Part shown: positions 1-8,508 of the stretch, piece by piece
Layout of the letters: each line of letters opens with the position of its first letter
Position numbering within the stretch: the stretch's first letter is position 1
DNA from: Diplonema japonicum
Lineage: Eukaryota; Protista; Euglenozoa: Diplonemea
Direction of reading: 5' to 3'
Assembly: GCA_964019335.1 (NCBI GenBank)
Contig: OZ025673.1
Span: 1 to 64,000 of the forward strand
Length of the DNA stretch: 64,000 bases
The notes under the pieces: model-generated
What the model saw: only the letters and a program-made list of their open reading frames with translations
Database searches by the model: none
What the model was told of the DNA's origin: nothing
Made by a program: the position numbers and the translations under genes

Positions 1-476
1 GGGTTTGCGGGTTTGCGGGTTTGCGGGTTTGCGGGTTTGCGGGTTTGCGGGTTTGCGGGTTTGCGGGTTTGCGGGTTTGCGGGTTTGCGGGTTTGCGGGT
101 TTGCGGGTTTGCGGGTTTGCGGGTTTGCGGGTTTGCGGGTTTGCGGGTTTGCGGGTTTGCGGGTTTGCGGGTTTGCGGGTTTGCGGGTTTGCGGGTTTGC
201 GGGTTTGCGGGTTTGCGGGTTTGCGGGTTTGCGGGTTTGCGGGTTTGCGGGTTTGCGGGTTTGCGGGTTTGCGGGTTTGCGGGTTTGCGGGTTTGCGGGT
301 TTGCGGGTTTGCGGGTTTGCGGGTTTGCGGGTTTGCGGGTTTGCGGGTTTGCGGGTTTGCGGGTTTGCGGGTTTGCGGGTTTGCGGGTTTGCGGGTTTGC
401 GGGTTTGCGGGTTTGCGGGTTTGCGGGTTTGCGGGTTTGCGGGTTTGCGGGTTTGCGGGTTTGCGGGTTTGCGGGT
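1..476. repeat. Perfect 8-bp tandem array (GGGTTTGC)n, 59.5 units visible, running off the left window edge
   Basis: Read directly from the sequence; the last partial unit GGGT is at 473-476 and unique sequence ATCGTGCGG follows. Confidence 0.98.
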
Positions 477-1624
477 ATCGTGCGGCCAAACGCTTGTGCT
501 GCGGCTGCCAGGCACAAGTGGTCTCCCCACGTCGCCGCTGTGCCCATCCCTTCCAAGTACCGGTCCCAACCCTCACTGCAAAACGGGGCATAGTGCTCCT
601 CCCGGTGTTTCATCCATTCTACAACCTCGCTCCTGATGTGGGTGTGGTCCCCGTAGGCTTCCCCGAGCGAACCGGCCAGGGCGTGGATGCAGTTCCCGTC
701 CTTCTCCGTCGATCTCCTCGTCAGCTTGAAGCTCTTCATGATCTCGTCCACTGACTTGCCGGCCCTGGGTTGTTTGTCGGGGTTCCACAGATTCCGCTGC
801 CTGTGTAGTGCACAGTGCGTCTGGTTCGACGAGCACGCCGCAGCACACGTTCCACAGAGGTTCACCTTCATGCTCCTCGCCTGCTCTTGTTTCACAAAAT
901 GATGGTGGACCGCATTGAGGTGTTTAACTAGACAGCTTGCCACACTGGTGCGGAAAGAGCAGTCTTCCATCCGGCATTGATGTTTGTCTGTTCCTTCTTT
1001 TTCCCCCTCCTTCTGCGCCTCCGTGTGCTCATCATCCAAATCCATGGGGGGAGGGTCACCACCTCCTTGCAATGCGTCCCCTGCCAGCGTCAAGTCCGCA
1101 AAGGGGTCCAGGTGTTCGGCCTGAAAGAGCTTATCCTCCGTCTCAGCCCGTTCCTTCGCCGCTTGCTTGGCGTCCTCCTTCTTTTTTCTGCGTCTCGAGC
1201 TTCTAGGCGGGCCCAAGTACACCGGCCGGTAGTGACCTCTCGATCCGCGTCTTGTCTTCTTCAGCTTTACCGGTTCGAATCTCTGGGTCGGGCCAGCACT
1301 AGCTTTCCCCACCATCACTTCCGACATGGCCCAGAGCGACATCAGCCCCCCTATCCAAACTGAAGTGCTTCCCACCAGGGTGCCCCCTACCGCTAGCCAA
1401 GCGAGCTCCCCGGCGGACCATTCATCCCCTCGGGGCCCCACCTGTACCCTTGACCTGCGGGTGGTCCTCCTGTCGCTCCCCGGCCTCTTCCACAACACTG
1501 CAGCATGCAGGAAGGAGGGGGCCATCCCGATGCCCGCCCCCAGCACCTGCCTCACCCCTGGGATCAGCAAGAGGGAGAACAAACAACAGGGCGACCCAGG
1601 CCCACACCCCCAGGTGCTCCCATC
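477..1624 (-). mobile_element. Truncated retroelement-like ORF: hydrophobic segments, C2H2 zinc finger plus CxxC motif, and OTU cysteine-protease domain
   Basis: Manual translation; the frame is open from 1624 into the repeat with no stop, so it is absent from the ORF track. CRMEDCSFRTSVASCLVKHLNAVH (976-905), LCGTC..THCALH, DGNCIHALA (starting 700) and WGDHLCLAAAAQAFGRTI (529-477) are present. First ATG in frame is at 1525. Confidence 0.75.
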
Positions 1625-1988
1625 TCATCCCTTCCTTGCTGTGTCCCGTCCGTCTGCGGTGCCTCCTTGCACCGGTTGCAGCCCCAGGTGCCGGGATTCT
1701 GGGTGCCAGGGGTTGGGCTCCAGGCGTTCCCACCTCGGTCAGCTTCAGCCCCATTGCAGGGTCATCTGGCTTCTGTTCCAGGGCGGCCTCGTGTTCCTCT
1801 CTGCGGGCCCTCCTCCTCCCTTCTTTCCTCGCACGACGGTGCCTTTTCTTCTCCTGTCTGGCAGCCTCCCTCGCCCCCTCCCTCGCCTTGGTCCTCTTCT
1901 CCCGACGCCTCTGAAGGGCCGTTTCGCTCCTGTGCCTCCTCCTGTTCTTCTTCCTCTTGGGCGCTGGCTTAGGTTCCCTGCCACCCAT
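1422..1988 (-). CDS. Arg/Lys-rich ORF, probably the N-terminal part of the zinc finger/OTU polyprotein (1-nt frameshift near 1581)
   Basis: MGGREPKPAPKRKKNRRRHRSETALQRRREKR... followed by WEHLGVWAWVALLF, which continues as FSLLLIPGV in the next frame. Confidence 0.45.
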   Translation of the reverse strand: MGGREPKPAPKRKKNRRRHRSETALQRRREKRTKAREGAREAARQEKKRHRRARKEGRRRARREEHEAALEQKPDDPAMGLKLTEVGTPGAQPLAPRIPAPGAATGARRHRRRTGHSKEGMRWEHLGVWAWVALLFVLPLADPRGEAGAGGGHRDGPLLPACCSVVEEAGERQEDHPQVKGTGGAPRG

Positions 1989-2204
1989 GGCAATCCAGGG
2001 GGCTCTTTTCTGTCTTCTCACAAGGGTGTGCAGTGGTGCTCTCACGTCGCTCGCAGCCTCCGCCCCAACCACACCTTGGCAGGCGGTGGGGGCGGGTGCT
2101 GGGTCCCCCTGGTTGTTTGAAAAGAAAAAAGGTTCCTTCTTGTTTGTTTTTTTTTTTTCTTTCCCTTCCACCCTCAAAAAAAGCCCCCGGCCCTTGGGGA
2201 CCAG

Positions 2205-2555
2205 GGTGTACACCTCCGTAGAGGGTCCAGAAAAAATGGGGGGCAGAGAGGGAGGAGCACTACCTTCTCTCGGGCGTGCTGTCTCTCCCTCTGCCTTTTT
2301 TTCCTCCAAAGAGGGTCTGTTTTTCACCTCCGTGGAGGGTCCCTCTGGAGAGGGCTCTAAAAATGAAAAAGGGGGGACAAATGGGGGGGAGGAGCACTAC
2401 CCTCTCTCGGGAGTGCCACCTCTTCCCCTTTCTCTCTATTTTCCTCCGAAGAGGGTCTGTTTTTTACCTCCGTGGAGGGTTCTAAAAAAAAGGGGGTGGG
2501 AGGGGCACTACCCTCTCTCGGGGGTGTCACTTCTCCTTGCCCACAAAAAAGGGGA
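2205..2555. repeat. Tandem array of about 3 degenerate units, each with a long hairpin and short CCTC-N4-GAGG hairpins
   Basis: GCACTACC(C/T)TCTCTCGGG occurs three times; six CCTC-N4-GAGG inverted repeats are present; units are separated by A/T tracts. Confidence 0.85.
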
Positions 2556-3934
2556 TCTAAAAAAAAAGGGGGGGGTTCGTTTGTTTGCCTGTGGGGTGGG
2601 TCTTCCTGGGGGGGTATGCGGGTGAGCTCAGGGCCAACCGCACGCAGGGTGATCGACACCCTGACACCAGTGGACACCCCTGACGGGATGTGGTGTGTCC
2701 ACTGGTGTCTCGCTTCGCCTTCCAACAGTGCCCATGAGAAGGGGGGCACCAGGTACCTCGTTACCCTGTCCCCCTTCCTCATGACCATTGTGGTCTCGGC
2801 CCCGTACGACAAGACTAGGACGACCGGTCCCAGTCTTGCGTCGTCCTTGTGGGCGGCAATCCCACAACCAGGTCTGTACTTATTCACAAGTACCTGATTG
2901 GGGACCACCTTGAGCCCTGCGGCGGCGGCCACCTCCCTCACCCATCCCTTTGCCCCCCCTGGGATGCCGGTGGTGGGGCGCACCTTGGCGTCCGTCCCCT
3001 CCCATCGGTGCCCATACTGGAGCGTCTCCCTCTCCGTGTTCCCTGACAGGGCCTCCCACTTCCCAGACAGCAGAGCTTCTGGGAAGGCGGGGGCAGCACC
3101 TGTCTTCAACCCGGGGGGGTGCTCTCCATCCTTCAGTATCCACCCTTTTTCATCAAAGCTTATGGTTTCTAGATTGTTGCACCCATACAAGAAGTCATTA
3201 CCAATGGAAGAAAGATTGGTCATCGAACTTAAGTCGATGGTTTCTAGTGTTTTGCACCCTAACAAGAAGCCATGACCAATAGAAGAAAGATTGGTCATTG
3301 AACTTAAATCGATGGTTTCTAGCTTGTTGCAGCAGTAAGACAAGAAACCATCACCAATAAAATTAAGATTGGTCATCGGACTCAAGTCGATGGTTTCAAG
3401 TTCGTTGCAGGAAGACAAGAACTCATGACCAATGGTAGAAACATTGGGGAGGATGAGTTCAACAGACGTCAGGTGGTCGCAATCTCGAAGAAACGCATCG
3501 CCTATCCTTGTAACACAGCCTGTGGAGTCGGTGACAACGAGGAACCGAAGTCCAGAAGGAAGGTTCCACTTCTTCATGGACAAGACATCGACAGCTGGAG
3601 AGTCCCCCACCTCCACCACCAGAGCCAGCTCAGGGTCAGCTCCAACAAGCCCCTCCAGCTCCGAAACCACTTCTGAGTTTTCGTCCTTCAGCTCTTCCAG
3701 ACGAACTGTTCTCTTGTTCGCCTCTACATGGACCACGCAGCCCTCCACGAGCCCAAGTTCCTGAACCTCTTCACCCCCGTTCCTGTCCAGGACCTCTCCC
3801 TCCCAAACCAGTTTGAACTTGCCTTCGAGTAAACCAGCAGCACACCCCGCCTTCTTGTACAGGCTCCCCACCACCTCCTTCCCCGACACCTCCACATCGT
3901 GAACCCCGCCTCCGGTCTTCACGAACACTGTCAT
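2357..3934 (-). CDS. Chimeric ORF: ubiquitin-like domain + LRRs fused in frame to an AlkB-family 2OG-Fe(II) dioxygenase domain
   Basis: The N-terminal part is identical to the gene at 4907-5965. The C-terminal part has NQVLVNKY, HKD (2851-2843), WTHHIP and RVSITLR, matching the AlkB HxD...H...RxxxxxR signature. Confidence 0.8.
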   Translation of the reverse strand: MTVFVKTGGGVHDVEVSGKEVVGSLYKKAGCAAGLLEGKFKLVWEGEVLDRNGGEEVQELGLVEGCVVHVEANKRTVRLEELKDENSEVVSELEGLVGADPELALVVEVGDSPAVDVLSMKKWNLPSGLRFLVVTDSTGCVTRIGDAFLRDCDHLTSVELILPNVSTIGHEFLSSCNELETIDLSPMTNLNFIGDGFLSYCCNKLETIDLSSMTNLSSIGHGFLLGCKTLETIDLSSMTNLSSIGNDFLYGCNNLETISFDEKGWILKDGEHPPGLKTGAAPAFPEALLSGKWEALSGNTERETLQYGHRWEGTDAKVRPTTGIPGGAKGWVREVAAAAGLKVVPNQVLVNKYRPGCGIAAHKDDARLGPVVLVLSYGAETTMVMRKGDRVTRYLVPPFSWALLEGEARHQWTHHIPSGVSTGVRVSITLRAVGPELTRIPPQEDPPHRQTNEPPPFFLDPLFCGQGEVTPPREGSAPPTPFFLEPSTEVKNRPSSEENREKGEEVALPREGSAPPPHLSPLFHF

Positions 3935-4061
3935 ATAGTTCATTCTTTTTTTCGTGCTTCTGTCTTTGAAAGTGATCTTACAAACGAGAAATATAAATGA
4001 AAATCGATATTCCTGGCGCTGTTCTTTAATCGCTTCGTCATCTGATGACATAATAATCCGA
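3156..4061. repeat. 906-bp duplication, apparently identical to 5187-6092
   Basis: Constant offset of 2031 from AAGCTTATGG to ATAATCCGA; the translations are identical. Confidence 0.95.
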
Positions 4062-4349
4062 TAAACCCACCCGTCAGCGAACAAGCTGTAGAAGGAAAAC
4101 TTCTAAACCATAAGATAAAAAATAAAGAATCAACTCAAAACCATCAGCAAACAAGCTGTAGAGCTGTAGTGTTTTTTTGTAAATCACGTTATAGGGGTGG
4201 GGAAAAACTTGTTCAGGGGGGCTTTCTTTCTTTTTATTTTCACTGCTGCGTCGGATTCGTCGGCTGCTGTGGGGGGTTAAAATGTTCTCTGTTTCTGCGA
4301 GAAACAGGATTGTACACTCTTGGGGATCTGGGATGGGATCTCGGGATTC

Positions 4350-4620
4350 TGAATGAATCATAAGTGCCCCAGCCGCCTTCTGATTGGCATGCTACTTCGG
4401 CAGGTTAGATGGTTGTTGTGGAGTTGTTGCGGAGGGGCAGGTCCCCGGTGTCTTCGAGGTATTGGATTGCTTTTCGTGGGTTCTCCACAAGGATGTGTCT
4501 CAGCGTCAGGGTGTCGAAGTGTTTGTCCCTGCTTGCTTTGGATGACGGGCAGTCTAGGAAGAGATGTTGGAGGGTTCGCTTCGTGTTGGGGCCGCACTTC
4601 ACGCAAATTCGCTTGAGCTT
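4350..4620 (-). mobile_element. 3' remnant of a non-LTR retrotransposon (Ingi/I-group-like C-terminal CCHC knuckle plus 3' UTR)
   Basis: CVKCGPNTKRTLQHLFLDCP...LRHILVENPRKAIQYLEDTGDL matches the CX2CXnHX4C motif and the L..IL..A..YL..TG tail typical of LINE ORF2 ends. Confidence 0.7.
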
Positions 4621-4906
4621 TAAAAAAGAAAAGACAAATCGCTTGTAATAGATAACGAAGCAGGGGTATGAAAAGGAAGAGGGACCATCTTTTAGTTTTC
4701 GCGAACGTGCAGGGGAGAATAAAAAAGAGGAATTGAAGAAGAAGAAGAAGAAGAAGAATGACTTTGGTTGCTTATAAACCAAAGTCATTCTTCTTAAAAA
4801 AAGAGAAAAACCACTCGCTGTGGGAGGGATGGCAAGTTCAAGGGTTGTGAATTACAACAGAAAATCTTTGTTCATTTCTAGCTTTTTCATCAAACAAGAA
4901 TTTTAA

Positions 4907-5965
4907 TCAAACCGGGTACAAGAACTCATCACCATAGTAAGAAAGACTATTGGGCCATTCAAAGTCTGTAGTTTCTAAGTTCTCGCACCCTGACAAAAAA
5001 CTATTACCAATGGAGTAAACCTTGGCCAGCGCATCCAAGTCTATGGTTATTAAGTTCTCACACCCCGACAAAAAATTATCACCGATGGAATAAAGATTGG
5101 TCATCGCATTCAAGTTGATGGTTTCTAGTTTGCTGCATTCTGACAAGAAGGAAGAACCAATGTGAACCAGATTAGTCATCGATCTCAAGCTTATGGTTTC
5201 TAGATTGTTGCACCCATACAAGAAGTCATTACCAATGGAAGAAAGATTGGTCATCGAACTTAAGTCGATGGTTTCTAGTGTTTTGCACCCTAACAAGAAG
5301 CCATGACCAATAGAAGAAAGATTGGTCATTGAACTTAAATCGATGGTTTCTAGCTTGTTGCAGCAGTAAGACAAGAAACCATCACCAATAAAATTAAGAT
5401 TGGTCATCGGACTCAAGTCGATGGTTTCAAGTTCGTTGCAGGAAGACAAGAACTCATGACCAATGGTAGAAACATTGGGGAGGATGAGTTCAACAGACGT
5501 CAGGTGGTCGCAATCTCGAAGAAACGCATCGCCTATCCTTGTAACACAGCCTGTGGAGTCGGTGACAACGAGGAACCGAAGTCCAGAAGGAAGGTTCCAC
5601 TTCTTCATGGACAAGACATCGACAGCTGGAGAGTCCCCCACCTCCACCACCAGAGCCAGCTCAGGGTCAGCTCCAACAAGCCCCTCCAGCTCCGAAACCA
5701 CTTCTGAGTTTTCGTCCTTCAGCTCTTCCAGACGAACTGTTCTCTTGTTCGCCTCTACATGGACCACGCAGCCCTCCACGAGCCCAAGTTCCTGAACCTC
5801 TTCACCCCCGTTCCTGTCCAGGACCTCTCCCTCCCAAACCAGTTTGAACTTGCCTTCGAGTAAACCAGCAGCACACCCCGCCTTCTTGTACAGGCTCCCC
5901 ACCACCTCCTTCCCCGACACCTCCACATCGTGAACCCCGCCTCCGGTCTTCACGAACACTGTCAT
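4907..5965 (-). CDS. Ubiquitin-like + BspA-type leucine-rich repeat protein
   Basis: MTVFVKTGGGVHDVEV...LVWEGEVLD...LGLVEGCVVHV (UBL), followed by repeated LETIDLSSMTNLSSIGxxFLxGC. Confidence 0.85.
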   Translation of the reverse strand: MTVFVKTGGGVHDVEVSGKEVVGSLYKKAGCAAGLLEGKFKLVWEGEVLDRNGGEEVQELGLVEGCVVHVEANKRTVRLEELKDENSEVVSELEGLVGADPELALVVEVGDSPAVDVLSMKKWNLPSGLRFLVVTDSTGCVTRIGDAFLRDCDHLTSVELILPNVSTIGHEFLSSCNELETIDLSPMTNLNFIGDGFLSYCCNKLETIDLSSMTNLSSIGHGFLLGCKTLETIDLSSMTNLSSIGNDFLYGCNNLETISLRSMTNLVHIGSSFLSECSKLETINLNAMTNLYSIGDNFLSGCENLITIDLDALAKVYSIGNSFLSGCENLETTDFEWPNSLSYYGDEFLYPV

Positions 5966-6172
5966 ATAGTTCATTCTTTTTTTCGTGCTTCTGTCTTTGA
6001 AAGTGATCTTACAAACGAGAAATATAAATGAAAATCGATATTCCTGGCGCTGTTCTTTAATCGCTTCGTCATCTGATGACATAATAATCCGACGTACTTG
6101 CTGTTCTTAGGAACATCTTGAAGTTCGTAACAGTGTACTGCTGCAAAATGTACAAACCTAATTTCTGACAAA

Positions 6173-8158
6173 CTACCCGATCTTTCTCCTTACAGAACGT
6201 TGTTTCGTGTGGCAGCGCATTCGCTTTTCGTTTGTGCCGCCCCGTGCAGGCTGTAGAAGTGTGGTTTTCAGTTCGCTCAGCAAGGTGTGCACCATGTTCC
6301 ACTCCTGGTGTCTAAGGTTCGAAGCCAAGTTAAAACCCTTGATTGGGTCGCAGATGCCCAACCCCGATTCCTGCTTGTTTGTAGTCGTAAGCAACTTGCA
6401 TACCAATTCAGCCCAGCCTGACTTTCTCCCTGGGGTTCCGGGGCTACGGATATCCACCCAGAACCGCTGCTTTGTGATAAGAGCTTGCTTGATCGTGTTG
6501 CTTATCCTGTGTAGCGATGGGTAAGATCTACTTGCATACCACCAGAAGTACCCAGCCACGAGTTCTTGGCACGACCTGTTGTTGTCGCAGCAGTCCTCCA
6601 CCACATCGTATACCTCGAAGCCCGACTCGCTGTCACTTGAGACCATCCACCTGAAATACGGCAGCAACTGTGGCTTTATAGACTGCAGATAATAGATGAA
6701 GGTGACATTGATCATGAAAGCGCTGAGAAGCTTTTTCGGTCCGTTCTTCAAAGCAGCTTCGTAGAACACATAATTCACGAAGAACAAACACGGCAGCACA
6801 CGGCGGTCGTACATGAGGAATTGCTTAACAATTTGTGAGTTCCATGATCCTTCCGGCTTGTTACAGGAGATCTCCAACGTGCAGGGTACATTTCCCACGA
6901 TTGTGAGACATTTCAAGAGCGGGATGGTTGCTGGAATGTACGTGAAACGCACTGTCTTGCCTAGTACACTGTTTGAGAGCTTGTCACGAAGATACCGCAA
7001 AGTCTCAGCACCGTTCTGTTCTGAGATCAGCAGCTGTACGTCGATATCCGACTCAGGCCTACTTAGCCCTGTATCCATGCTACCAAAAAGTTTAAACTCC
7101 GCCTCAGGGAGGATCTTCATTACATGTTTACGAACGTTGTTGTACAATTTCTGCCTGCAGCGCACGATGTGTTCAGGCATCTCATGTTGTACTTTAAACA
7201 TTTCTGGATCTACGGCAAGACTACTCAAGTACTTATCGACGTCATCCTCAGTGGAATAATCAGTGTCACAACACGGCTCTTCAAACACCGCGTCTACTTC
7301 AAGAGTCGAGTACTCTTGTGACTTCGGTGCGCCCTCATAAAATGGCAGTTCTTCATGATACGAAGGTGGGTGTTTGTTCTGCAAGCGGTCTGGCTTCTTT
7401 TGTGCAGGCTGCAACTCAACAGCAGGCCCGGTTGGTGGCGGGATTGTGAAATCTGCTAACACAGCTCGAATCCGTGCCAAGGACCTTTCGGGATGCGAGT
7501 TCATCGAACTTCCCAGCAACTGGCTAGTCGGCTGTGGCTGCCGTCTTCTCGGTGGCTTGTTCGGCGGTTTGCTGTCATCCGAAGAGCTTGAATCAAAAAC
7601 AGGTATGTATTCCAAACTGTCCATCCACATCCCCGGTTGCGCCTTTGTCTGCACAGGGTACGAGTTTGCTTCACACGCAGGCTGAGGTGCCTCATATGCG
7701 GGAGGAGGGGCCTCCTCATATGCAGGGGGTGGTCCTTCCTCATATGCGGGGGGTGGTCCTTGCTCAGGGGGTGGTCCTTCCGCGTAGGCAGGGGGAGGTC
7801 CTTCCTCATAAAACGCATCGTTGAAAACAAGTGCAGCATTGTTAACAAGTAGAGCATCGCTTGGGTTTGTACAATTATTGCTATGAGCAGTTTCGGAGTA
7901 TAAAAATTGTTCAGGAGGTATATGGTTGTCGTAGTCCTGCAGACCATAGTAAGTGGACTCGAAATGAGTATCATATGTATTAGAAAATGGTACTGGATAT
8001 GCAGTGCGAGCAGGAAATTCGGAATCCTCAATCAAATTTCCCTCATAATCTTCAAGAGGTGTTGCACTTACTTCGTTCCAATCACACCCATGCCCCTCCC
8101 AATCAGCTCCGTAATTGCTCCACCATGTGTCAACCGCAGGAGAGTGTGAGTTCGTCAT
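6173..8158 (-). CDS. Non-canonical poly(A) polymerase / terminal uridylyltransferase (Cid1/TUTase-like)
   Basis: FKLFGSMDTGLSRPESDIDVQL nucleotidyltransferase motif; PAP-associated region ending ICDPIKGFNLASNL; acidic/Pro-rich N-terminus. Start placed at MTNSHS. Confidence 0.85.
   Translation of the reverse strand: MTNSHSPAVDTWWSNYGADWEGHGCDWNEVSATPLEDYEGNLIEDSEFPARTAYPVPFSNTYDTHFESTYYGLQDYDNHIPPEQFLYSETAHSNNCTNPSDALLVNNAALVFNDAFYEEGPPPAYAEGPPPEQGPPPAYEEGPPPAYEEAPPPAYEAPQPACEANSYPVQTKAQPGMWMDSLEYIPVFDSSSSDDSKPPNKPPRRRQPQPTSQLLGSSMNSHPERSLARIRAVLADFTIPPPTGPAVELQPAQKKPDRLQNKHPPSYHEELPFYEGAPKSQEYSTLEVDAVFEEPCCDTDYSTEDDVDKYLSSLAVDPEMFKVQHEMPEHIVRCRQKLYNNVRKHVMKILPEAEFKLFGSMDTGLSRPESDIDVQLLISEQNGAETLRYLRDKLSNSVLGKTVRFTYIPATIPLLKCLTIVGNVPCTLEISCNKPEGSWNSQIVKQFLMYDRRVLPCLFFVNYVFYEAALKNGPKKLLSAFMINVTFIYYLQSIKPQLLPYFRWMVSSDSESGFEVYDVVEDCCDNNRSCQELVAGYFWWYASRSYPSLHRISNTIKQALITKQRFWVDIRSPGTPGRKSGWAELVCKLLTTTNKQESGLGICDPIKGFNLASNLRHQEWNMVHTLLSELKTTLLQPARGGTNEKRMRCHTKQRSVRRKIG
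7684..7812 (-). repeat. Coding 24-nt minisatellite encoding EEGPPPAY-like units
   Basis: EEGPPPAY AEGPPPEQ GPPPAY EEGPPPAY EEAPPPAY in the translation. Confidence 0.85.
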
Positions 8159-8508
8159 TAAAAATACCCGATGGCATTCCTGTATGTATTGAACTGTAGC
8201 ACATCTGCGACATCTGGTCGTAAAAAAAAGGGGGGGGGTCCAAAGTAAGAAACGGCAGCCAAAAGAATAATAAAATAAAATGCATTCTTGCCCCCTTTTT
8301 TTGCTTTTAGAAAAAATGAAATGAAAAGGGAAAAACAAAAAAGAAAGCCCATTACAAGAATAAAAAAACAAAAAAAAAGGAGTAAAATAAAATAGAAATA
8401 AGTAAAAGCCCCATCCATGTACTATCAAGTACCTACATTTGTTGATAGTTGTATCTATACAATCACCCGAAATTGAATATCAACACACTGGGGGTAAGGG
8501 GGGGAATG

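Noticed and set aside
1-476. Canonical left telomere or CRISPR array
   Set aside because: The G-rich strand points away from the window end, and there are no spacers or cas genes in this eukaryotic sequence.
5-754. ORFs of repeated RVCGFAGL in three plus-strand frames
   Set aside because: Artefact of a stop-free 8-mer repeat.
1225-1296. tRNA suggested by GGTTCGAATC...CCA
   Set aside because: No acceptor stem, D arm or anticodon arm can be built, and it lies antisense within the zinc finger/OTU ORF.
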